Source: Reclinomonas americana ATCC 50394
Lineage: Eukaryota
Assembly: GCA_048213135.1 (NCBI GenBank)
Contig: PS015653.1
Location: 1 to 45,974 of the forward strand
DNA length: 45,974 nucleotides
Direction: 5' to 3'
Part shown: positions 1 to 12,580 of the stretch, in pieces
Layout of the letters: every line of letters starts with the position of its first letter
Numbering within the stretch: the first letter of the stretch is position 1
Position numbers and translations under genes: made by a program
The notes under the pieces: generated by a model
Databases searched by the model: none
The model's input: the letters and a program-made list of their open reading frames with translations, nothing else
Told to the model about the DNA's origin: nothing

Positions 1-1442
1 AGAGGGACTGACCACACTGTCGAGATCGTGTGTGCTGTCGTGCGTCCCGTTGGTCGGTGGTCGCGGGTGTGATCTTGATGCTGTGTTATGTGCGTGTGTG
101 AGTGTCTCTGTCACAGTGTGTGTGTGAGAGAGAGAGCGCGCGCGCGTAACAGCTGCGATGAGGATGCTTGCCAGCAGTGGGCGCGGGAATGGGACTGGCC
201 ATTGACGCACTGCCGAGGCCATCCAGTGAGCCCGTGTCTGTGTGAGCACTCATATGTGTGAGAGAACAGAGGAGAAGAGAGAAGAGGAAGAGAGACACAC
301 AGACCACTCATGCGCGCGTGCAACAACAAGAGACAATCTGGTGAGTCACACACAGAGAGATCATCGAGACAGCGGAGAGAGACGGAGATGCGCATGCTCA
401 GAGTCGCCTGGTATGGCGTCTACGGTGAGCACACTTGCTTATGTACTCTCATCGACACCGACACTGACACTCTCTCCCTCAGTGTTGCTGCACTTTGTGT
501 TCTTCCTGTCGGTGTCGCTGCCGGCGCTCTTCTCACTGAGCACAGTGGTGTCTCTGGTGTGTCAGTGTGTGTGAGAGAGAGAGAGTGAGTGTGTGTGGCT
601 CAACTCTGCGCACTGACTCGTTTTGTGTAGAGCAAAGTGGCGACTGCGGGCATGATCTTTGTCATGGCGTCGCTGTTCTTTGAGTTGGTCTCTGGTGAGC
701 GCACGCACACACACACACACACACGTGCGCGTCTTGAGTGTGTGTTGGTGACATCTGTGTGTGTGACACAGGCAACTTGTGTGTGATTGAGGCGTTTCAA
801 GATCCGCGGTGTCGGCCAGAGAGAGAGCGCGAGTTTCGATCGTTGCTCTTTGCTTGCGCGTGTCTGTGTGTCGCGCACGTGTTGAACACAGTGTGTCGAT
901 AGTGTGATCGACTCTGCGTCGTTGGTCGATGACGAGGAGGCGCAGCGTGAGGACTCGAGCATTGCGGGCACGGATGGTGCTCCCACGATTCGCTTTTGTG
1001 TGTGTGTGTGCGTTGGCTGCAACGGTGTGTGTTGAACGGTATGTTTTGTATGCGTGTGCAGCCACGGCTGTGTATGGTGGTCGGCCTACTAGACGCGAGG
1101 TGAATGGTGCGAGCTCGAATGACGATGAGTGGAGAAAACGGAGATGGATCGACGAGGAGAGAACGTGGCCAAAGATCGTGGCTGCCGGCTGCTTTGGCGT
1201 GTCGTTTGTGTTCAAGGCACGTCTGCTCTCTGTGTCTGCCATCGCATGTTCATTCGTGATTGTGACAACTTGGAACGCCGCACGAGCAGATTGTGGCGTC
1301 GATTCTGCTGTGGATCACCTGGACGCTCCTGTCGGATCACATTGGGTGGGCCGGCGACGTCATTGTCACATCGTACGCTGTCGGCGTACCCATATCCGCC
1401 GGCATGGTCATCTGCTTCTGGTGTCTCCAGAAGAAGGTATAG
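1..1442 (+). CDS. 3' part of a multi-exon, multi-pass membrane protein of unknown family; 5' end probably outside the window
   Basis: Frame-consistent exons give hydrophobic segments (RVAWYGVYVLLHFVFFLSVSLPALF; KVATAGMIFVMASLFFELV; IVASILLWITWTLL...VGVPISAGMVICFWCLQKKV*). Stop TAG at 1440-1442. Confidence 0.6.
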
Positions 1443-1494
1443 CCGGTAAACGGGAAGCAGTAGTATTGTTGTTGTTGTTGTTGCGGGTGCACCG

Positions 1495-3407
1495 TCACAT
1501 CATCGCCATTCGAGTGCCGAGCGCGTCCAGCATGTCGCTGAACCTCTCTTCGCCATACTTTTCAATGAGGAACGCACGCTGCGGCAACACACACACGCAC
1601 GCTGTTGAGGAGAAGACGGAGGGGAGCTTCTACATCGATGAGCAACGCACCTCGGCCACCAGTGCCTGCTGCTCGCGAGCCAGCGCCAAGGCCATGGCTT
1701 CTCGTCGCGTCATGTCCGCCTCGTGGCGCGTGTGCGTGTAGCGGAACACACCGTCCAGATCGACAACCTCCAATACGTCCATCCAGTCGTCGAGTTCGTC
1801 GGCCCGCTCAAACGCCAACACAATGTCTGTGTCACGCGAATCGGCTGATATCTGAGGCAGTCAAGGCAGGGGTGAGCGACGATTTCCTTTCTTCTCTCTC
1901 GCTGCAGTGAGCGGGCGCACACACCCTCAAGCACGTGCCAATGACACGCTTGGCGGGCGATGTGAGCGACGACAGGATGGTGGAAGAGAGCGAGGATGTA
2001 GACGACTCGTCATCGGCCTCGCCGCTAATGTAGCTTGCCAACGACGGGTGTATCGACTCCAACGGCAGCTGCTCCACAGAAAAGTCCTTGAGCAGCAGCG
2101 AATCAAGTGGATACTTGTCCTGTGAGTATCACAGTGTCAGTGCTGGTGGGCAGGTGGGGTAGAGCGACAGCAACGAAAATGACCTTGGAACTCTTGTGAA
2201 TGTACAACGACTGGCCCACGAGCGACACATGGCAGCGCTGCAAGCGCGCCTTGCCTTTGCGAGCCACAAACAGGACTCGCATGGCGGCGCCCTCCTTTTC
2301 CACGAAGCGTGTTTCCTGCAAGCGCAGTGAGAATGGCGGTGTGGAAAAGGAGGAAGTTCAACAAGCGGTACACACACACACCGATGGCTGAGTGAGCAGG
2401 CGGTGCGACGATGCAGCACCTATCGGCATGAATGAGTGAGTGTGACACTGAGGAATACGCGCAAGGAAGTAAAAGAACACAACTGGCGAGGGTGGTGAGT
2501 GGGGGCCACACCGAGGAGCCCGCAAACATCACCGTCGACTCGCGTGTCGAGGCTGACAGCTCTGCCAAACAACAGCAAGTGAGGCAGATGGACAGGGAGA
2601 AAAGAAGCCAGCGAGAGAAACACAGCCGAACCAGATGGCGACGACGCAGCGGCCGCCGAAGCAGCAGCCGCTGTACGTGGCACTGGGTCTATCCAGTCGA
2701 GAAGTCAGCAAACCACAGAGGATGGAGACAACAACGCGCAGACACAGCTCACCGGTCTCTCTCGTCTGCCCGTCGCCTTCATCCTCATCATCATCGTCTT
2801 CCCCGCCCGCAGCCAGCTCCTGCGGCAAGCCCAGACGCAGCAGAAAGCCCGACAAGTCATCCGCCACTGCCGCATACACACACAAATGAGCACACAGAGT
2901 CAACACACACACACAATGAAGACAACAACAAACACAACTGCTGCGCCGACTGCCAACAGAGCCGAGCGACTGACCGCCAGTCAGAGTCAGCGATCGCCGG
3001 GAGGAGGAGAAGGATGAGATGCGGAAAGTGGGCGCCACTGCTGCTGCTGGAGGAGGAGGCGAGGAGGCAGGTGCCTCGGATGATGGTGTTGCATCATCAT
3101 CATGCACAGCAGGCGACGAGAATGCAATAGTATGCCTCGATCCTGTGATGAATGATGAATAATGACTGAGTCTCTCTTTTCTGTCTCTGTGTGTGCTATA
3201 TGTGTGCTGTGTGCACCTGCGCCGGGTGGGAGAGGAGGGAGAGGGCGTCGTTGCAGTGGTGGTGGAGGAGGCGGGAGTGGACGATCGGCGAGTGACACTG
3301 TGTGTCGCTGCGTGTTGCTGCTGCTGCTGCCTGGCAGGGAGGGAAGGAGTGAGTGAGCAGAGGGAGACACAGAGAGAGAAGGGAACGCGCGCGCAAAAAC
3401 CTTCCAT
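1495..3407 (-). CDS. Multi-exon protein with a Pro-rich N-terminus and a PH-like domain
   Basis: ATG GAA G|GT...CAG|GC joins into RPLPPPPPPLQRRPLPPLPP. Later exons read EKEGAAMRVLF...RCHVSLVGQSLYIHKSSK and CLRISADSRDTDIVLAFERADELDDWMDVL (PH C-terminal helix with Trp). Stop TGA at 1495-1497. Confidence 0.6.
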
Positions 3408-3669
3408 GTTGTTCAGTGTAATTTCATGACCGTCGGAATTTTAACTTCCAACGCAGAGTGTGTGTGCGAGAGCGGCGCAAGTGACAAGGTAACGAGCGTG
3501 TGTGTCGTGGCCTCGTGTGTCTCGCTGTGTGTGCGCGCGTGTGTGCATGTGTGTGCGTTGGTTTCTCGCGAGAGTCGGACATTGCGTCTGATCCACTCTC
3601 TCTCTCTCTCACACACACACAGACAGGCACGTACACATACCATCGACACCACACACACCACTCATCTCC

Positions 3670-3933
3670 ATGGACCCGTTTGACAGCTTCCGCAATCCGT
3701 TTGTGTTGCGTTCATGCTTTTTCTTACTCAGTCAGTCGCGAGGTTGATGGTTGGGAAGGTGGGACGTCTCACACATACATGCAGCAATGGATCTGGTTCC
3801 ACTGGAGGCAGCATGCACCCGCGCACACCACCGGGCGCACCTGCGTATGGCATGAGCGCGCGATCGCCCTCTCGCAACAGCCAGGCATCGTCAATGGGCT
3901 CCACTCTCCCGCGCATCAACTCGCCGCGTATCG

Positions 3934-3976
<43 letters not shown>

Positions 3977-5561
3977 GCTCATGAGTGTGTGTGTGACAGC
4001 GACTGACGATGAGACGCTGGGGTATCCGACCATGGGATCGTCGGGAGGCACTCCGCGAGCCATGTCGCCGTCGTTGGCGCAGCTGGCGGCGCGAGTGCGT
4101 GAGGTCGAGGGCCACATTGACTACAGCAAGGAGGCGCGCCAGCGAAAGACGCAGGAGCGCATGGTCGAGTCGTCGACGTATCAGGTGCGGAGAGAGAGAA
4201 AGGGCTTTCGTTGCTTGCTGTGTTGCATCTGACTTGTTGTACACGCGTGCGTGTGCAGGATATGTATCGGCAACTGAACGAGAAGATGGCGGTGTTGATG
4301 CAAGGGCAGGCGCGCGAGGCGCGGGCGCGAGAGCAGTCCGAGCTCAACTTGCAGCGCCGTCTCGAGGAGCGCATTGCGCAGCTCGATCGTGATCTCTCCA
4401 AGTTCAAGCAGACGAGCCTCACGCCGCAAGACGAGGCATTCTTGCGCAAGGAGGCCAATGCGGCAGTGACCAAGCAGATTGCTGGCAAGGTGTGTGTGTG
4501 TGTCTGGCGAGACGCTGCGCAAGAGAACTTGTTGCACTCACGCCTTGCCTTGTCTTGTCAGATGGAGGAGCGCTTCACACGACTCGAGGCCATTATCACC
4601 TCGGTGAATGAGACGTTCCAGAATTCGGAGCAGAACACGCTGAAGACGTACCACCAGTTTGACGACAAGCTGGTCGAGTTTGAGCGCCGTCTCGAGACCT
4701 TCCGCGAGCAGATTATCAAGAGTTGAGTGCCTCGCGCTGTTTCTCCTCTTGAGTTGTGTGGCTGACGTTGGTCCTTTGGTTGGCACAGAGACACTGGGTG
4801 CGGAGGAGAACACGCGTGCGGCACAGGCAGCTGTGGCGCGCATGGAGCGAGCCATTGAAGAAATGCGAATGAGCCAAGCACAAAGCATGGCTGAGCAGTG
4901 GGGTTGCGTTCTTTCTGACTGTGCCTTGTCGTCTCGCCCGCAAGTCACATCTCATCACCTTTTCCATCACGCAGAGCGTTTTACTCGTGAACTCGGACTT
5001 CTTCGCGGTCAGATGGAGCAAGACCACGAGGACAGAAGACGAGAAATGGCCGAGGCCCTGCAGAGAGTCGAGGACAGCGTGGCGTTCATTCGCGAGGGCC
5101 GCCAGGCGTTTGAAAAGATGGTCGACATGCGCATTCAGCAGCAGGTGTGCTGTGGTGCCTCAAGCACTGCCTTGCTCTCCTGTCTGCTCATCTCCCTTTG
5201 TGTAGATGCAACTGTTCCGTGAAGAAAGCAACCGTCAGGCGTCGCGTCTGCAGGATTACATTCGCGAAGGCCTCTCCAAGCTGGAGAACGCCCTGACCAA
5301 CACCAACACGCGCTTTGCCGACCTGGAAGATGTTGCGTTTGATCGACACTCTCGTTGAGCTGTTGTGATCCACAATTGACACTTGTCATGCAACGAACAC
5401 AGACGGTGCACACCGAGAGGCGAGCACGGCACCAGGCCGTCGAGGCACTGCGGCTGGAAATGCAGGCCGAGGCACAGGTTCGCGACGAGAACGAGGAACG
5501 TATCGTGGCGCTGGTACACAAGCACGTGTCGAGGCTCGACCAAGGCGACGGCGTTTTGTGA
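3670..5561 (+). CDS. Coiled-coil protein of unknown family, about 9 exons
   Basis: Starts MDPFDSFRNPNGSG. E/Q/R/K-rich heptad-like exons (LAARVREVEGH; QDMYRQLNEK; MEERFTRLEAII; HQAVEALRLEMQAE) join in frame through GT-AG introns. Stop TGA at 5559-5561. Confidence 0.7.
3934..3976. repeat. Intronic compound (GT)n(GA)n microsatellite, typical of many introns in the window
   Basis: gtgtgtgt...gagagaga starting at the donor GT. Confidence 0.9.
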
Positions 5562-5739
5562 GCTGCCGCTTGCCGCATTTTACGGTTGCCTGTGGAAGCT
5601 GTTGCTACTATTTTTTCACTCGCTTGATGGGGCGAGGAGAGGAGACAGAGATGATGATGATGTGGTTGTTGTACACAAAAAGAAAGTTTTGCTGCACGAG
5701 GGTGTGAAATCGTGAGTGATGTTCATTTTGACAAATAAT

Positions 5740-8700
5740 TTACCTAAGCACCTCCCCTCCTGCACCGCTGTCGTCGCTACCGCTTCGGCTGCCAGTGACT
5801 CCTCCATCACTGTCGGCCACATGGCTGCTGGCTGCCGAGTTGGCGGCTGGTCTGAGCACTGATTCGTACTCGTGCAGCTGCTCCACAAACGCCTGCGTGT
5901 GCACCACAACTCCTCAGCAACAACCACGGAGGATTTCTTGTTAAAACATCGCACATACCGGCGGCAGCACCACTTGTGGTCTCTTTTGTGTCACTTGCTG
6001 AATGGCCACCGTCACATCGCACGCCTGCCGTCGCATCCAGTACGCAATGGCAAACGCAGCCGCTCGACTGCAGAGAGACAGTCAGAAATCACAGAGAGCG
6101 TGTGCCACAAAGAAGGCGGACACAGCGAACGACGCACGTGTCACCAGTGTCACAGTAGAGCAGCACCCGACCCTGCGCTGACCGATCACGAACTTGCTCT
6201 GCGCAAGCCAACATCAGTGAGTCGAGGCACCAGCAGCAGCAAGGTTGTGTGCCAACGCACCAATGACGGCCAATACGGCCTCCAGATGCGGCAGCAGTTC
6301 CGCTCGCGAATCGTTTGCCACCGGAAACTAACCAGCAAGATCAAGGTGTCATCTGATGAGTCGAGTCGCGACATGGACTCCCAACAGCACACACACACAC
6401 TGACCACGTGGTACTGCACACCCGCAATGGCCGGCTCGACGTGCACTTCGGCTGCCACCGACACGACATCCGTAATCATCAGCGTCTCCAGTGTCTCCGC
6501 GTGACGAGCATACACGTGGCCTGCACTCCACCATGGTGAGAGAGTGCAGAACGCATTCTTCAGACGTGCCACGACTCCGCAACTGCCAATGTACAAGTAC
6601 GGAGCAAGCTGCGTGACAGCCGCTGCCTGGCGCAGCCACTTGTCCACGTGACTGTGTGCATTTGGTGAGAGGGGGCCAAAAATCAGTGCACAACAGAGTG
6701 CCACCACCGACCTCTCCGCCTCCAGATGTTGTCGCTCAAACTCAGAAGACAAGACGTCGCGTAGTCGCGCACGAAGTGCATCTGGATCCGTCAGTTCCGT
6801 GGTCGCCAACTGCGACATTAGCGCTTCGACGCGCTCATTCAACGCCTCTGGCATCAACGATCTCTCCGGGCTCAGCACTGCTAGACAACACAATAAGTTG
6901 ATGTAGATGTGACATCACAAAAGAGAAGGTGGTGGTCCGCACCTGGCACAGTGGCCGTGGGGCTGCCGACAACAATGCGAGTCGGTGACATGAGTGGTCC
7001 CGAGGCCGCACCAATGTATGGCGACTGCCTGATGAAGCCTGCACCGTCAGCACCAGCCATCAACTCCACGCCGAGCTTTTCGGCTTCCTCTTGCAGCACA
7101 GACTCTGCAGCAATCGCTGGTGAGAGAGAGAGAGAGAGAATCATCGTGTGCATCGATAAAGACACGAACCGAGCAGCGGTAATCGCTGCAGCATGTTGGA
7201 TGTTGGTCGACTGTTCACACTGTGCGGCAGCAGGAAGCGAAGCATGCGCAGGTCGGAGACCAGCAGAGCACCGGATTCTGAAAGGAGAAGGCTTGTCAAG
7301 CATCTGCCCGCACCAAATGGCTCCGCAAACACAAGAGACGCACCAAAATCGGCGAGTCGATGCAAGACGGCCACCAGCGCTGAATCAACATCCGCGTCTC
7401 GCAGTTGCATGGCGACGGCTAATGCCTCACCCAGGCGTTCCTCAACGAGGTGTGACACTATCCGTTCTGTGAACCCGGTCCGAGAGCAGAGTTGGCATCA
7501 CGGGAGAGACAGACTGCGTGCGCAACACAACTCACCTTCAATGTTCAGATGCGACAAGAGATGCTGCACGGCCAGCAGCGCGCCACGAACGACTCGCGGA
7601 TTGGTCGAACGGAGAAAGGTGAACCACCCGTTCACCGGCGCACTGGCAACATACGAACTTGCTTGCGCTGCAGCACGGAGTGAGTGCACAGAAGCCATGC
7701 ATTGACGAGGCGTGACTTTCAAACGCAACGATTGAATGCCAGCTTGCTCAACACCTGCACCGCCAGCAGGTGATCGTCGCGATCGCGCAGGAAGGCTACC
7801 GCACTCGCCGCCAACCATGCGACCTATCAATGTGTGCGCAGGTGAGTAACCCAGATACGCCATGTGCACGAGAGAGCACACGCAAACCTCGTAATCGAAG
7901 CACGACATGAGTACTCGCAAGACCTCGCGCGGAGCCAGCACCTGGTTCTGATCCAGTTGCTCAAGGCACAGCGGGTCTGCAACATATGTGAGAGAGAGAG
8001 CGACCAAGAGGAGGGAAGGGCTAGTGACATGACAGCTCACCCCGCTGAACGTTCTCGAAGAACCACCTGGCCTCGTAGCGCTCGAGGAACCACTCGTCGC
8101 GTGGTGTGGCCGCTGTCGAGTCGCCAGCTGCACAGCGAGAAAGTCAGACTGGAGCGACGGAAAACCGACCACAACGACAGTCACACGAACGTCCGATGGT
8201 GTCGAGAAACGCGCTGATGCTCTCAAACGTTGGCCGTGCGGTCACATCCGCCAGCAGACACCGCTTGATCAAGTCCTGCGAAAATCGGAAACAAGAAATC
8301 AGCTATTGCATTCAGCACCAATGCACTCGCTAGCGCGATCGCAACGTTCAGAGCCGGTGGCCACCACGGCGGCAGCGCAGGTTCCTGATTGTGCATGAGT
8401 GGCTCACGAATGTGTGCAAACACCCAATCCTCTGCACGACCGCCATGAGAACCAACACACACAAAAACAGAAGCAGTAGCTGGGTTCCCACCTTTCTGGA
8501 AGATATCAAAATCGGGGTGATCACGGATAAACATGATCTCGAACAGCGTGATGCCGAAGCCTGTACACACCAATGGCTGTCAGACGACACGGACTCACAC
8601 AAGAAACGGCGGCGCATGTGGATGCAACTGAACACGTCGGCTGCGCAGCAAAACAGATGAGTAAGTGCGACTCGTCACATCCTGTTTAGATCACGAAGTG

Positions 8701-11700
8701 CGACCTCACCTGGCTTTCCATAACTCGGCGATAGGGCCACCTGGAGAAGAGAACTTGAGCAACAGAAAACACGGAAGACCTGTTCACGGTCGGCAAATTA
8801 CCTCGGGTGCCTGCATCGAATCACATGCATGAGTCGCCGCGCAACACATGCAACAACAGCAGCAGCACAGCAGCCAGCACGTACCATGTAAATGATGGTT
8901 CCCACCGCACCCGACGCCTGTCCTGTCTCCAGGACTCGCGACAGGCCAAAGTCTGAGATCTTGACGGTGTAGTTTTGATCAACCTGCGAGTGCAGTGTGA
9001 GTACGTCGGCGTTGTGCAACACGGACAGTGCCCGGCACTTCGAACCAGCAGATTGAGCGGCTTCAGGTCCAAGTGAATAATGTCTCGCATGTGCAAATAG
9101 TTCATGCCGGCGGCGACGCCGACCAGCATGCGCCAAAGTCGCGCGTCTGTGACCACTACACGCTCCCGCATTGGTTTGATGATGTTGTACAAGTTGCCTG
9201 CAGCAGCAGTTTAGCACCACGCACACACACACACACAACCGCAGCACACACATGCGTGAGCAAACCTCGTTCCATGTACTCCATGGCAATGACAGGCGAC
9301 GTTCCACCGTCCTTGCTGCCGACATTGGTCGAGCCGACACCAATGAACAGAACAATGTTGGGATGCCGAAGCGCACTACCGAAAACACGGGGCGGGATTA
9401 GCACTTGCAGCGGCAAGTCGACATGGGAGGTATGAATACGTACACCATCATTCCGACTTCGGTGCGAATGTCGGCCAGCAGCTTCGGCGTCACAGCTCTG
9501 TTCTTGAGTCGTTTCACCGCGACATCGGCACCCCACAGCCTTGCTCTAGTAGTTGCATACCCACGCGTGTCAGATCCGACGACCATGCCGTGAGAGCGCG
9601 TGGCATCACTACGCAACTTGTAAACCTCGCCGTACATGCCCTCTGCCACCTTCTCCACAAACTCGATTGCATCCGACGAAATCTGCCACGACACATCGGG
9701 TCCTTGTGGGGCGTCGGGTAGTACCGCCAACCGGGCCGACTATACGCACGCACAAGTGAGTGACTGGATGTCGCAGAGGTGCACAATACATGCGTGCACG
9801 AAACTTGTCGAATGAGTGAGTTCATGCGATCGTTGAACACTTGCTTCATCTTCCTCAGGTCGCCAGTGAACGAGGGAACCACCCGCTCCATGGCCTCAAT
9901 CATGCCCTTCATGAACTGCTCCACGTTGCCGTTGCACGAGTTGAACCAGTGTTGCACGGCACCATCGCGTGCCGACTTGGCCCACTCGTGCTGCGCAGCG
10001 TCACCGATCGCGTTAGAGAGACTGGACATCCCATCCATCAGCAAGAGAGGGGACACTAACCCTTTGCGTCGCAATGGCTTGGATCCACAAAGTGACTTCC
10101 TCCTGACTCTGCACCGCAACGAGGATCGTATTGCTGCACGAGTACGACAACTTCGATGAGCACGACATAAAGCGACTCACATCTGTGCGTTTCGAGTCAC
10201 CTGGTAGTCGACGTCTCAATGCGAAACGCATATGGCCGTACCGCACGCTCCTCGCTGCTTACGTCCTCCACCGACACAATGTCGCCCAGAAACACGGAAC
10301 GCACGTGTGACCATGAGCGCTGCATATACGGAGGCCGAGTGAGCGATGCACAACACGCGACGGCGACGTCGACATCAAACCTTGGTGAAGAAGCACAGAT
10401 CGGTATTCCGCAGTACCAGCAGACGTTCCTCCCACACATCTGCATCGACCGCCAACATCGCCTCGAGCAGCGTGGAACACTCCCACACCGTCGACTCCTT
10501 CAGCGCCGCACGTCTCGACAGAACCTCCTGTGCGGTGAACATGCGGTGAATGGCTGCAGCCAAAGGGCGATGGAAACAAAGACGCGGTCACGCAACGTTG
10601 GCCAGCATGGGACCCATCGACTGCACGCGAGGAAAGTGGCGAGCCATTCGCGACTTCCGCGTCGGCTCATCGGCCTGACGCAGAGATGATGGCGTGATGG
10701 GCGAGCTTGGCGACGAGCGGCCATTGTGTGTCGGCAACAACAGAGGTCGCGTCGGCGACAGACGGAGGGGAGCAAAAGATACGACAGCATCAGCGGAGGG
10801 CGATCGTCGCAGGTCATCACGCTCCGACGGCGGCAGATCGAGTGACGGCCGATGTACCGTGAGCTGAGCTGGATCGACCACTGCCGTCTCCACCACCAAA
10901 GGCGCTGATGGCAAACCAGCAGCAGCAGTGGCATTAGCGGTAGTAGCACTGGCAGTAGTGGTGGTAGTGGTGGTGGTGGTCGTTGTTGTTGTCGTAGTTG
11001 CCGGGGCGACTACAGGTACCACCGATACCACCGGAGAAGCCAAGGCGGGTGAAACGGGACCTGCAGCAGCGGTACTGACTGGATTGTTGGATGTGGATCC
11101 GTTACTGGAGAGTGTGCTACTCGGTGTCACGAGAACGCCACCAACGGCCTGCTCGGAGCTGCCAATCACCATCTGCGAAGAATATGGTGAGGGACGCGAG
11201 TGACGCGGTTAAAGAGAGTCTGCGCCCCCCCCGCACCTCACGCTCCAGCAACTGCTCGATGCCGAAACGCAAATACGTCAGCGCCGTGACCCACTGGTCG
11301 CGCACTGTTGCACTGGTGCACATAATGTCGATGGTGCGATCCTGCAGCATCACACTGAAGCCGGTGGCTGCGGCGCGGATCGACCCATTAGCGATTATGC
11401 AGCGAAATTACAAGGCGTGCCAACGCGACGCACCAAGCAACTCGCTCCACCCGGCATCCAGTGCCGCCTTGAGCACCGGCGTCTTCACGCCGCTCCAAAT
11501 GTCGAGAACCGACGACAATGGCACCGAGCGTCCCAAGCCACGCGCCTTGCTTCCCCACTGCGGTACGTACATACACCCATATCAGTATCGCACACGCACA
11601 CGAGCAGACGAGTGCTGTTGCACCCCCGCTTCAGCGCACCAGAAGCGATTTGCGATCCTCGGAGATGGCAAACCATCGCTTGTGGTGGCTGCCTGGCCGA

Positions 11701-12442
11701 TGACCGTGAAACACAAACTTATTCAACAGCATCGGTCGCAGCAGCTTCTCCACAGCGGCCTGAGCATGCTCCTGCGTCTGCTTATGCAACGTGCGAGCTC
11801 GCTCCACCTCGATATCACTGTGCGCGTGCCGCGTGACCCCATCTTCCCGACTCGACGAGTCCTGTCGCATGCGCTCGGCCACTCGCGAGAATGCCAGTGT
11901 GGCCATCGACTGTGTGGAGAGAGGAGGCATGCATGTCAGTCTGCTGCTGCTCCCACTGCTGCTCTCGTCACTCTCTACCTCTCCACGCACATTCGTCTGC
12001 GGAATGCAGCACAAGTGAGTGGCACGCCAGCCAATTGCACCTCGTGTGAGACAGATGTACGCACCGCCACAGGCCTGACCTCCATCAACTCGCGCAGCGT
12101 CTGCACCCATCGCATCTTCTCCTCGTGCGAGCTGGCCTCAAACAGGTGCTGCACATGTGGCGGAGTGCGCTCAACGAGCGCAAAGAACTGCGACGTGTCA
12201 GTGGCCCGCTCAATCTCCGCAATGGTCAACAGACTGATTTCGTTGCACGGGATGGTATCCTGTGTGTGTGAGAGTGAGAGAGGCATGTGAGAGAGAGAGC
12301 GTGTGTGCGTGTCAAGGTGGCGACAGGCGAGAGAGACCTCGTGTGATCGGAACACCGACAATGTGTATTGTTGTGCTCGGACCCAGAACTGTGCAAACGA
12401 GACGCTCTCCTGGCCGGTTGGACACCACAAGTGGCCCTCCAT
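5740..12442 (-). CDS. Multi-domain signalling protein: 3 PH domains + TKL/Raf-like kinase + helical (ARM-like) region + C-terminal dual-specificity phosphatase, about 30 exons
   Basis: PH ends: FEASSHEEKMRWVQTL, DIMCTSATVRDQWVTAL, VAVQSQEEVTLWIQAI. Kinase: VAEGMYGEVYKARLWGADVAVKRL, LRHPNIVLFIG, IIHLDLKPLNLL, ISDFGLSR, GTIIYMAPE, ADVFSFG. DSP: TQLAPYLYIGS, VLLYCDTGDTRAAAFAIAYWM, KRPQVVLPPAFVEQLHEYE. The junctions I traced join in frame through GT-AG introns. Confidence 0.8.
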
Positions 12443-12580
12443 TGCATACACACACAGACAAACACAGACACAGCGTCAGTGCGTCGGTGCGTGTATGCGC
12501 ACACACGCCTGTGAGTGTTTTGATTGGTCGCAGTGAATGAATCCTCTCACTTTACTTACTCTTCATCGTTGTGTGCACTC

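Noticed and set aside
1850-1940. Possible GC donor G|GCACGT in the PH-domain gene
   Set aside because: The canonical AGG|GTGTGT donor gives the correct phase; the GC option leads to a stop.
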